From Caldilineaceae bacterium (lineage in GTDB: Bacteria > Chloroflexota > Anaerolineae > Caldilineales > Caldilineaceae), in NCBI GenBank assembly GCA_965200685.1, contig OZ241379.1:2082594-2146593 (forward strand): DNA of 64,000 nucleotides, read 5' to 3'. Below, in pieces: positions 27,329 to 35,753 of this stretch. Numbering within the stretch: the first letter of the stretch is position 1; each line of letters begins with the position of its first letter. A model generated the notes under the pieces. The model did not search any database. It worked only from the letters and a program-made list of their open reading frames with translations, and was not told where the DNA came from. The position numbers and the translations under genes were made by a program.

Positions 27329-30300
27329 TTACTTCCGCACGAGCGGCAGGAAGAGATCCTGGCCAACAGGGGCAATCGGTGTAGCCGTGGGTGTCGGCGT
27401 GATTGTGGGCGTAGGTGTCGGTGTGACAGGGTCACAGAAAGACAACTCGATAGCCGACAGGTCGTTCTGGGCAACGCGTGTCAAGGCGTTGGGAATACAG
27501 CCGCTCAGGCGGTTGCCAGCCAAGGACAACGACGTAAGATTGGAGAGATCCACAAGGGTCGTCGGGATGCTGCCCGTCAGACTGTTGTTGGCCAGGTGCA
27601 AGGTCTGCAGGGTGGCAATACTGCCCAGATCAGTCGGCAGGCTGCTCGACAGGCGGTTGTTGGAGAAGTCCAAGACCTGCAGGTTGGCCAGCGCGCGCAG
27701 GCCAACCGGGATGCGGCCCGAGAGTTCGTTGTTGGAGAGATCCAAGGTCTGCAGACCTGTGAGCCGGCTCAAGGTAGACGGGATGCTGCCTTTCAATGTC
27801 TTGCCACTGATATCCAGCTCCAGCCTGACCACACGCTGCGGGGAACTGTCTATGGTTACCCCCTCCCAGGTGCCTATGCTGCTGTTCTCACTCCAGTTCA
27901 AGCGCATGGAGGTACTGATGCTTCCCTCCAGGGTGGCTTTGATGGTTAGAAGCTGTACGCAGTCTCTGACCAGGTCGGCATTGGCAGAGGGGTTGGCTAC
28001 AACAGTGCCATTGGTACATCGTGGTCTCTGTGATGAGCCGCCGCCACCGCCGCCGCCACCACCACCACCGCCACTACCTGTAGATGGCCGTGTAGGGGGG
28101 GGTTGTGGGTTCGCGGGGGTGGGGGCCGGGCAGCTAGCCAGTCCGAGATCCCTTAAGTCGGTGCCCTCAGTAAAGGAACGAGAGTGCAGATCATAGGGTA
28201 TACATCCGCTTAGTTGGTTCGGTTGGCTTGCGGTCTGCTTAAGGTACAACTTCCTCAGATTGGAGAGACTGCCCAGTTCAGCAGGGATGGAGCCCGTCAG
28301 TCGGTTACCGCTGAGGGACAAGTCCCGCAGATTGGTGAGTTGGCCCAGGGTAATGGGAATCGTACCCTCCAGTCGGTTATCTTTGAGGGACAGTACCAGC
28401 AGATTGGAGAGACTGCCCAGTTCAGCAGGGATGCTGCCCGTCAGTCGGTGACCGTTGAGGGACAAGTCCTGCAGATTGGTGAGTTGGCTCAGGGAAATGG
28501 GAATCGTACCCTCCAGGTAGTAGTTATCGCGGTAGGTGTTATCATCGAGGTATAATCGCTCCAGATTGGAGAGGGCGGCCAGTTCCGATGGAATCATACC
28601 CGTCAGTTGGTTACCGCTGAGGGACAACGTCTGCAGATTGGTGAGGGTGCCCAGGGCAGCAGGGATGCCGCCCGTCAGGTAGTTATCGTAGAGGTTCAAC
28701 GTCTGCAGATTGGTGAGGGTGCCCAGGAAAATGGGAATCGGACCATCCAGTTGGTTATCACCGAGGTTCAACGTCTGCAGATTTGCGAAGTCATCTAACC
28801 ACGGTGGGATGGGGCCCTCCAAGTCGTTCACATTTAGGTTCAAGGTGGTCAGTGTGTCGGAGAGGGCGGCCAGTTCCGATGGAATCGTACCCTCCAGTCG
28901 GTTATGGCTGAGGTCCAACTGCGTCAGAGCGGAGAGGGTGCCCAGTGCCGATGGAATCGTACCCCTCAGTTGGTTGTTGTGGAGGTTCAAGGTTGTCACG
29001 TTCGTGGGAGAGCCGATGTTGTCGAAACCAATGCCACCCCATGAAGTTATCAGACGCCCTTTATCCCAGTTCAGGTTACCTTGTAGAGGGTCCTTGGCTT
29101 CCAAAAGCGCGTTGCAATCCTGGACCAGGTCTGGCGGTTCGCTATCTGACCAGCCGGGAATCGCGTCGCTACCGTAACAGGGGTTAGAGCCAGAGGGGCA
29201 CTGCGACAGGGAGACGTCGACATTTACCGTGATCGTCCCCTCGAAGTTGTGACATCCTGTAAAGGAGTTGTCTTGTAAATAAACACTGTTGAGCATCGTT
29301 AATTTGCGGCCCAGTTCAGGTGGGACCGTGCCCGTCAGTTGGTTGTTGTTGAGTCTCAACTCCGTCAGATTGGAGAGGTCGCTCAGTTGAGGAGGGATGG
29401 TGCCACTCAGGTCGTTGTTGTTGAGTCTCAACTGCGTCAGATTGGAGAGGGCACTCAGTTGAGGAGGGATGCTACCCGTCAGTTGGTTGTGGTTGAGGTT
29501 CAACTCCGTCAGATTGGAGAGGTTGCCTAGGTTAGGGATGCCGCCCGTCAGGGTATTGGAGTAGAGGTTCAACTCCGTCAGATTGGAGAGGTTGTCCAGG
29601 TTAGCAGGGATGGTGCCCGTCAGTTGGTTGTTGTTGAGGTTCAACTGCGTCAGACGACCGGAGAGGGTGCCTAGGTCAGGGATGCTGCCCGTCAGTTGGT
29701 TGTTGTTGAGGTTCAACTCCGTCAGCAAGGAGAGGTTGCCTAGGGCAGGGAGGCCGCCCGTCAGTTGGTTGTTGTTGAGGTTCAACTGCGTCAGACCGGA
29801 GAGGGTGCTTAGGGCAGGGATGCCGCCCGTCAGTTGGTTGTTGTTGAGGTTCAACTGCGTCAGAGCGGAGAGGTTGCTTAGGGCAGGGATGTTGCCCGTC
29901 AGTTGGTTGTTGTTGAGGTTCAACTGCGTCAGAGCGGAGAGGTTGCTTAGGGCAGGGATGTTGCCCGTCAGTTGGTTGTTGTTGAGGTTCAACTGCGTCA
30001 GACCTGCGAAGTCCTCTAACCACGTTGGGAAGGAGCCAGTCAAGCCGTTCTGACCTAGGTTCAAGGTAGTCAGCGTGGTGGAGAGGGCACTTAGGTCAGG
30101 GATGGCGCCTGTCAGGGTGTTGGCAGTTAAGTTCAACCGCTGCAGCTTGGCGAGGGTGCCCAGTTCAGCAGGGATGCCGCCCGTCAGGCCCGTGTTGGCG
30201 AGGTACAATTCCTGCAAATTGGTGAGGGTGCCCAGGGCAGTAGGGATGCTGCCATCGATTCTCGTTGCAGAAACCCGGCTTCCCCCGCTATCGGGGTTGA

Positions 30301-32233
30301 TCTTTAACTCCTTCACATACGTATACGTTGTGGGTCCTGGGCCGAGAGTGATGCCCTCCCACTCAGCTATTGGCTTCCTTAGATCCCAGTCCAGTGTGGC
30401 ACTCCCTTGTAGGGTATTCTTGTTGTTCATGAGCGTGTTGCAATCGGCGACTAGGTTATCTGATTCGTCTGAACCCGGAATCGCAAGACTATTTGCACAG
30501 ACGGAGCAGGAAGTGTCTACCATAGCGTTTGTGTCAGAAATAATAGACATCGAGTGCAGGGCATAGGGTATACATCCGCGTAGTTGGTTGCCACCGATGT
30601 ACAACCTTTTTAGATTGGAGAGCTTGGTCAGTTCAGCAGGGATGGTGCCCGTCAGGCGGTTGTTGATGAGGGTTATCTGCTCTAGCTTGGAGAGATTGCC
30701 CAGTGTAGTAGGGATGAAGCCCGTCAGATCGTTGTTGTCGAGGGCTAAAAGCGCTAGATCGGAGAGTCTGCCCAGGTCATCAGGGATGGGGCCCGTCAGG
30801 AAGTTGGATCCGAGGAATAACTCCCATAGCTCGGAGAGATTGCCCAGTTGCGAGGGGATGGTGCCCCTCAGGTAGTTGTTGTAGAGGCGTAACCGCTGTA
30901 GCTCGGAGAGGTTGCCCAGTTGCGAGGGGATGGTGCCCGTCAGTTCGTTCCTGTCGAGGTACAAGTAGGTCAAATTGGAGAGGTCGCCCAGTTCAGGCGG
31001 GATGGTGCCCGTCAGTTGGTTGCGGAAGAGGATCAAGTAGCTCAAACTGGAGAGGTTGCCCAGTTCAGGCGGGATGCTGCCCGTCAGGTCGTTGTTGTTG
31101 AGGCTCAACTGTATCAGATTGTTGAGGTTGCCCAGTTCAGTCGGGATGCTGCCCGTCAGTGGGTTGACGCTGAGGAGCAAGTGTGTCAGATTGGAGAGGT
31201 CGCCCAGTTCAGCAGGGATTCTGCCCGTCAGTTGGTTGTCGTTGAGGTACAACCTCTGCAGATTGGAGAGGTTGCCCAGTTCAGTCGGGATGCTGCCACT
31301 CAGTCGGTTGTTGTTGAGGCTCAACTGTATCAGATTGGAGAGGTTGCCCAGTTCAGTCGGGATCAAGCCTGACAGTTGGTTGTCGTTGAGGTTCAACGTC
31401 TGCAGCGTGGTAGAAAGATTGCCCAATGTATCCGGGATGCTGCCCCCCAGTATGTTGTGGTTGAGGCTCAACGTCTGCAGCGTGGTAGAAAGATTGCTCA
31501 ATGTATCCGGGATGCTGCCACCCAGGGAGTTGTTGTTGAGGTTCAACGTCTGCAGATTGGTAGAAAGATTGCCCAATGTATCCGGGATGCTGCCTGTCAG
31601 TCGGTTGTGGTTGAGGCTCAACGTCCGCAGATTGGAGAAGTTTCCCAGGTCATCAGGGATGCTGCCTGTCAGTCGGTTGTTGTTGAGGTTCAACGTCTGC
31701 AGCGTGGTAGAAAGATTGCCCAATGTATCCGGGATGCTGCCTGTCAGTCGGTTGTTGTTGAGGCTCAACGTCTGCAGCGTGGTAGAAAGATTGCCCAATG
31801 TATCCGGGATGCTGCCTGACAGTAGGTTGCCGTTGAGGTCTAACTGCACTAGCTGCGGGAGATTGCCCAGGTCAGCAGGGATGGTGCCCGTCAGTACCCT
31901 GAGTTCCGTGCGCGGGAGGACCAAACGTGTCACATGAGAGCTAGAGACAGTGATGCCATCCCATTGGCTGATGGGACGTGATGCACTCCAGTTGAGATGA
32001 GAATATCTTGATTCTGTTGGTCCTGCGCTTCTCAGATCGTTCATCAGACCGAGGAGCGTTGCACAATCAGTTCTGAGGGTGGCGGATTCCGGATCCGGAA
32101 TCGCGGCCGTGTTGTCACACAATGTTGTCTGTGCGTTTACAGGGGTAGGCGCGAAGCCTATGGTCATCAGCAAGATGATGGCAGTGCTGCCGAGGACTGT
32201 TAGGATGGTTCGAGTTGCGATGCATGGTTTCAT
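27329..32233 (-). CDS. Giant secreted multi-module leucine-rich repeat protein (plant-specific-type LRRs, four capped modules)
   Basis: 1634-aa ORF with signal peptide MKPCIATRTILTVLGSTAIILLMTIGFAPTPVNAQ. There are dozens of 23-24-aa units of form LxxLxLxxNxLTGxIPxxLGNLSxL. Four N-cap-like segments match DC..L...K..L......L.W......W.G[IV]. A poly-Gly linker (G12) and a PT-rich C-terminal linker are present. Confidence 0.9.
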   Translation of the reverse strand: MKPCIATRTILTVLGSTAIILLMTIGFAPTPVNAQTTLCDNTAAIPDPESATLRTDCATLLGLMNDLRSAGPTESRYSHLNWSASRPISQWDGITVSSSHVTRLVLPRTELRVLTGTIPADLGNLPQLVQLDLNGNLLSGSIPDTLGNLSTTLQTLSLNNNRLTGSIPDTLGNLSTTLQTLNLNNNRLTGSIPDDLGNFSNLRTLSLNHNRLTGSIPDTLGNLSTNLQTLNLNNNSLGGSIPDTLSNLSTTLQTLSLNHNILGGSIPDTLGNLSTTLQTLNLNDNQLSGLIPTELGNLSNLIQLSLNNNRLSGSIPTELGNLSNLQRLYLNDNQLTGRIPAELGDLSNLTHLLLSVNPLTGSIPTELGNLNNLIQLSLNNNDLTGSIPPELGNLSSLSYLILFRNQLTGTIPPELGDLSNLTYLYLDRNELTGTIPSQLGNLSELQRLRLYNNYLRGTIPSQLGNLSELWELFLGSNFLTGPIPDDLGRLSDLALLALDNNDLTGFIPTTLGNLSKLEQITLINNRLTGTIPAELTKLSNLKRLYIGGNQLRGCIPYALHSMSIISDTNAMVDTSCSVCANSLAIPGSDESDNLVADCNTLMNNKNTLQGSATLDWDLRKPIAEWEGITLGPGPTTYTYVKELKINPDSGGSRVSATRIDGSIPTALGTLTNLQELYLANTGLTGGIPAELGTLAKLQRLNLTANTLTGAIPDLSALSTTLTTLNLGQNGLTGSFPTWLEDFAGLTQLNLNNNQLTGNIPALSNLSALTQLNLNNNQLTGNIPALSNLSALTQLNLNNNQLTGGIPALSTLSGLTQLNLNNNQLTGGLPALGNLSLLTELNLNNNQLTGSIPDLGTLSGRLTQLNLNNNQLTGTIPANLDNLSNLTELNLYSNTLTGGIPNLGNLSNLTELNLNHNQLTGSIPPQLSALSNLTQLRLNNNDLSGTIPPQLSDLSNLTELRLNNNQLTGTVPPELGRKLTMLNSVYLQDNSFTGCHNFEGTITVNVDVSLSQCPSGSNPCYGSDAIPGWSDSEPPDLVQDCNALLEAKDPLQGNLNWDKGRLITSWGGIGFDNIGSPTNVTTLNLHNNQLRGTIPSALGTLSALTQLDLSHNRLEGTIPSELAALSDTLTTLNLNVNDLEGPIPPWLDDFANLQTLNLGDNQLDGPIPIFLGTLTNLQTLNLYDNYLTGGIPAALGTLTNLQTLSLSGNQLTGMIPSELAALSNLERLYLDDNTYRDNYYLEGTIPISLSQLTNLQDLSLNGHRLTGSIPAELGSLSNLLVLSLKDNRLEGTIPITLGQLTNLRDLSLSGNRLTGSIPAELGSLSNLRKLYLKQTASQPNQLSGCIPYDLHSRSFTEGTDLRDLGLASCPAPTPANPQPPPTRPSTGSGGGGGGGGGGGGSSQRPRCTNGTVVANPSANADLVRDCVQLLTIKATLEGSISTSMRLNWSENSSIGTWEGVTIDSSPQRVVRLELDISGKTLKGSIPSTLSRLTGLQTLDLSNNELSGRIPVGLRALANLQVLDFSNNRLSSSLPTDLGSIATLQTLHLANNSLTGSIPTTLVDLSNLTSLSLAGNRLSGCIPNALTRVAQNDLSAIELSFCDPVTPTPTPTITPTPTATPIAPVGQDLFLPLVRK

Positions 32234-32237
32234 CTTA

Positions 32238-32262
32238 CCCCCCCCCCCCCCCCCCCCCCCCC
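32238..32262 (-). repeat. 25-nt homopolymeric G tract (C on the + strand), ending 4 nt upstream of the LRR start codon
   Basis: Counted directly: 3+10+10+2 C residues. In minus-strand sense the sequence reads TATAAT-G25-TAAG-ATG. Confidence 0.95.
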
Positions 32263-32461
32263 ATTATATATCTTATAATGGACAATTTGAATTTGGACAC
32301 AAATCCTCGTCCCTCGCCCGCAGCATGCGGGTGAGAGCACGGCCCCTGCGCGGGGACATCCGCAAGCGTTGCACTGTCTACGCGGACCTGATCTTGATTA
32401 TTCATAATCGCACCGGTTCCTTGTCAATCTTGAAGTATTTCACGTTTTGACTCAACGAAAA
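32263..32461 (-). promoter_or_regulatory. Conserved upstream leader/promoter block of the LRR gene, paralogous to 1783..2048
   Basis: A candidate promoter is TTCAAA (32291..32286) - 17 nt - TATAAT (32268..32263), abutting the G tract. The same three hairpins are present as in the other copy; the strongest is at 32313..32335. A distal TTGACA lies within the conserved CAAGATTGACA. Confidence 0.55.
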
Positions 32462-32563
32462 GTCTGTAAATTCCTGAGGACTTCGCTCAGTATAGTACAC
32501 AGCGATTTAACTGTCAAATTATATTACACAGTGTTTGACTGTCAAATTCAATTTCCAGCAATT

Positions 32564-34282
32564 CTACGTCAGTTCTGCAGGATTTCCCAAGGAATCTTCT
32601 TTATCCTGGTCCAGTGCTGCCAGTTCTGCGCGCAGGTCGGCCAGCTCCGCATCCAGACGTTCAATGCGGGAGATCAGTTCGTCTCGGCGGTTGTGCTCTT
32701 CAACAACAATGTCCTCTTCCTCACCGGCCTGTTGGCTGTCCGCGCGGATGACGATAATATGAAGGATCCAAAAGATGGCAGCAGTGCCACTGCGTACCAG
32801 GCTATCTAGGGTTTCAATACCGAAGGGGTCTGCATTGGGGTCGGCCAGTGCCCACAGAAAGAGACGATAGATGACTTGGGCCAGCTCGAACAAGATCAGC
32901 AATGCGCCAACCAGGGCAATGCCGTACAGGTAGGCTCGGCGGGGCCAGGACCCTCGCTCGGAGCGGCCTACAGGGCCATCCTGGCCGGCCGCGTGTTGGG
33001 CCGTGCGCCAGTGGAGCACCCGGACCGGCGCGCCTACAGCGATGAGGCTTATTCCGGTCGCGATCTGCTCGGTGCGAAAATTATTTTCTGTGGAAGCAGC
33101 ACCAATGACAGCAAAGTCTAGGAGTGCCCGCAACAGATCGACCAGCCCGATCCACAGAAGAACCAGGCCAGTGGCCGCGATGCTGTAGTAGTATAGGCGT
33201 CGGACCAGTTCGCTTTCACGTGAATCCTCATAGTGACGAGCTTCCGCGGACACCTGTCCCCAATGCCAGCGCCAAGCGAGGATGCCGATGGGCAAGAATC
33301 CAAGCTGCAAGGAGATTTCATTCACATTGACAGAATCGCCGGCCCCGAGCAGAAACAAAATGCCCATCCGCAGGAGAACTGCCGCGGGGACTAGGGCGGA
33401 TATCGCGCTGAGGATCGTAGCGATATAGAGGTACAGCCGGCGCAGTGCTGTGCGGCCTTCCGCAGGGGGAAATGGTTTCGTGCCACTCTCCACTCGGACC
33501 GCCATCAGAGTATCCCAGCGTAGGAGGTTCAGCCGCCAGATCAGGCCGCCGACCATTACGTTTGTCACCGAGTTGGCAATGCTTCCTTGCCACCAGCCGA
33601 CACCTGCGGACATAGTTATATCGCTGAAAAATTCCAAGAGCATCTGCCAGACGAATGCCAGCACACCAGCCGCCCCAGTGATCAGCAGACCAAGCCCCGT
33701 GAGGCCGACAATCATCTGAAAAAGCCGTCGCCAAGTCCCAGCCCACCCCTTCTCTGTGCCCAGATCACCATCGGATTGGATCTGTTGGGCAAAATACAGA
33801 AACAGGGCCAGATGTGTGCCGGCGAGGAGGAGGTGGATCAGCCACTGATTGGGCCACAGCGCAGATTCTGCGAGGGAGCGTCCCAGCAAAAGTTCTACGC
33901 TGCCTTCAATGAGTTGGTAGAGGGTTTCGATTGCGACAATCAAGGTGAGAGCCATGCAGGCGTACATAAATAGCTTGCGTAGGGCTGCGGATGACTCCCT
34001 AGGTTTTTCAGCTAGGCCGCGGATGTACCGCCAATGGATCAAAAAGACCGGCGTGCTGACGATCAGGAACCCTCCCTGGCGAGCTATCTGATCACGTACG
34101 AAATTGGAGGAATTGGTCTCAAGTAGTGTTTCGCCTGTCAGCCAGAACGGGACAAGAACCTCGATCAGGCCGCGCAGAGCCGACAGGCCGGCGATCAGAC
34201 TGATAAAGGCTACAAGATAGAAATAAAGACGCCGGATCGTTGCCAGTCGTCCCGTATTGGTGGAAGATATCTGCTCAGTCAT
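32564..34282 (-). CDS. Polytopic membrane protein built from six repeated two-helix modules, with a C-terminal acidic coiled-coil tail
   Basis: The track ORF extends to 34435. I start it at the ATG at 34282 (MTEQISS...) to avoid overlap with the upstream gene. The motif R-[RK]-L-[YF]-x-[YM] recurs before a TM helix six times (IRRLYFY, LRKLFMY, WRRLFQM, LRRLYLY, VRRLYYY, PRRAYLY). The tail is EEEDIVVEEHNRRDELISRIERLDAELADLRAELAALDQDKED. Confidence 0.65.
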   Translation of the reverse strand: MTEQISSTNTGRLATIRRLYFYLVAFISLIAGLSALRGLIEVLVPFWLTGETLLETNSSNFVRDQIARQGGFLIVSTPVFLIHWRYIRGLAEKPRESSAALRKLFMYACMALTLIVAIETLYQLIEGSVELLLGRSLAESALWPNQWLIHLLLAGTHLALFLYFAQQIQSDGDLGTEKGWAGTWRRLFQMIVGLTGLGLLITGAAGVLAFVWQMLLEFFSDITMSAGVGWWQGSIANSVTNVMVGGLIWRLNLLRWDTLMAVRVESGTKPFPPAEGRTALRRLYLYIATILSAISALVPAAVLLRMGILFLLGAGDSVNVNEISLQLGFLPIGILAWRWHWGQVSAEARHYEDSRESELVRRLYYYSIAATGLVLLWIGLVDLLRALLDFAVIGAASTENNFRTEQIATGISLIAVGAPVRVLHWRTAQHAAGQDGPVGRSERGSWPRRAYLYGIALVGALLILFELAQVIYRLFLWALADPNADPFGIETLDSLVRSGTAAIFWILHIIVIRADSQQAGEEEDIVVEEHNRRDELISRIERLDAELADLRAELAALDQDKEDSLGNPAELT

Positions 34283-34307
34283 TATTCGTGAAACACTGGT
34301 GTACACC

Positions 34308-34784
34308 TCAATAGAAGAGGTCCATCGTCTCCGTATCGATCTTCCATGCCCCTTCCTCCCGGACCAGTGGGATTGTGCGTCGGTCAGTCCAAGTGGAGCC
34401 ACTGTCAAAGAGACCACCAGGACGGAAACGGTCAATCGCTAGGGTGACATATGCTGTATCGTCATTGATGTCTACTTTGAGGATACGCAGCCGCTGGTTC
34501 TGGCGGTTGGAATCGTAGTAGCTAACTCTTTCAGCAAAGGAGGCTTTGTTCTCGTCGTCAGCCAGCACCTTTGCTGAATAGTAGTTCGCAGCAAGGGCCG
34601 GCTCGTTGCGGACAAAGGCCACGAATGCGTCGTGGACAACCGCTGCCGGTGTATTTTCGTTCAGATAGTCATCGGTCGTCCAGCCACGCCCACCGCTGGC
34701 TGTCACCATCACAATAGCAGCAGCGATCAACAGCAACACGATGAGAATGATGCTCCAAGTAAAGCGGTCGATTTTCATTCCCAT
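34308..34784 (-). CDS. Hypothetical membrane-anchored protein
   Basis: 158-aa ORF with one N-terminal TM helix (WSIILIVLLLIAAAIVMV) and a soluble domain of about 120 aa. I recognise no family. Confidence 0.5.
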   Translation of the reverse strand: MGMKIDRFTWSIILIVLLLIAAAIVMVTASGGRGWTTDDYLNENTPAAVVHDAFVAFVRNEPALAANYYSAKVLADDENKASFAERVSYYDSNRQNQRLRILKVDINDDTAYVTLAIDRFRPGGLFDSGSTWTDRRTIPLVREEGAWKIDTETMDLFY

Positions 34785-34930
34785 GGGCTTCCTCTTTCCT
34801 GTCTCCAGAACCTATGCTACCCTAAGATTACCAGGTACCTAGAGTATATCCAAAATATAGTCGCATGGCAAAGTGCTGTAGGCGCAATAACATCACAGTA
34901 TCTATCAATATCCTAGATTACAGCTTACGG

Positions 34931-35659
34931 CTACGACCCCTGATCAAATTCTGTCAGTTCAAACAGGGCCCGGGAACGTCCGTCAATGAACTTGACGACC
35001 GGGAAGGGGGCGTCCATCGCCACCCAAACCTCTGTGGTGCGTTCATTTGAGCGCAGATCAACAACCCATGTGTCAAAAGTACCGGCGGGCACTGTTACCG
35101 ACTCTTGACGCCGTACTTGCACAGTCACTCGTTCTGTATGGCCGACGACTGGCAGAAAACTGTTGAGGCGGGTGGCGTACCCCTGTGCTAAGGGGAGGGC
35201 CCGCAGGATCAGCAGCAGTGTACGCTCGTCGCGGATGTCCGAAGGTACCTGCACCCGTTCGTAAACTGTTGCGCCTTGATAGTTCGTCAGCGTGATGTCT
35301 ACTTGGCTGCCCGCAATGTGCGTCTCTACCATCTGGCTACTGCCATTGGCTGTACGCACGAGCGTACTGTAGACAGGTTGAAAGCCGCTGGCCCGCATTT
35401 CAATGGTTGCACGTTCCTGCACGCCTGCATCGTTTATCTCCCTGGTCAGCGTCCAACCGTCGCTTCCCGCCTGCACCCGAAAGATAGCCGTGCCGACGAT
35501 CCGGTCCGCCCGATTCGTCACCCGATAGGTACTTGTCTCGCGGTCCGTCCAGACCGGCTCCCCAAAGATGAGGGGCTGGGGTTGGGCAGAACAGGAGGTG
35601 AGGAAAACCGCGCTGCAGATCAGAACAGCAGTAACTCGCACGGTTGTATTGTTGGGCAC
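34931..35659 (-). CDS. Hypothetical lipoprotein
   Basis: 242-aa ORF with a signal peptide and lipobox (AVFLTSC). The remainder is beta-rich. No family is recognised. Confidence 0.55.
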   Translation of the reverse strand: MPNNTTVRVTAVLICSAVFLTSCSAQPQPLIFGEPVWTDRETSTYRVTNRADRIVGTAIFRVQAGSDGWTLTREINDAGVQERATIEMRASGFQPVYSTLVRTANGSSQMVETHIAGSQVDITLTNYQGATVYERVQVPSDIRDERTLLLILRALPLAQGYATRLNSFLPVVGHTERVTVQVRRQESVTVPAGTFDTWVVDLRSNERTTEVWVAMDAPFPVVKFIDGRSRALFELTEFDQGS

Positions 35660-35753
35660 AGAATCGCACCTTTGGGAAAAAGGTCAAATCTATCCAATTC
35701 GTGGCCGCTGCCATGGCTAGGGGCTGGTAACTGCAGCGGCTACGGCTGTTTCA

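Noticed and set aside
29300-31900. Highly regular 69-72-nt direct repeats that superficially resemble a CRISPR array or satellite.
   Set aside because: The repeats are contiguous with no unique spacers. They are in frame, encode one LRR unit each inside a continuous ORF, and have no cas genes nearby.
27237-31937. Plus-strand ORFs over the 1634-aa LRR gene (for example 27237..28196 at 319 aa, 31056..31937 at 293 aa, 29583..30053).
   Set aside because: The explanation is the same. They are low-complexity repetitive translations antisense to a long, well-formed minus-strand CDS.
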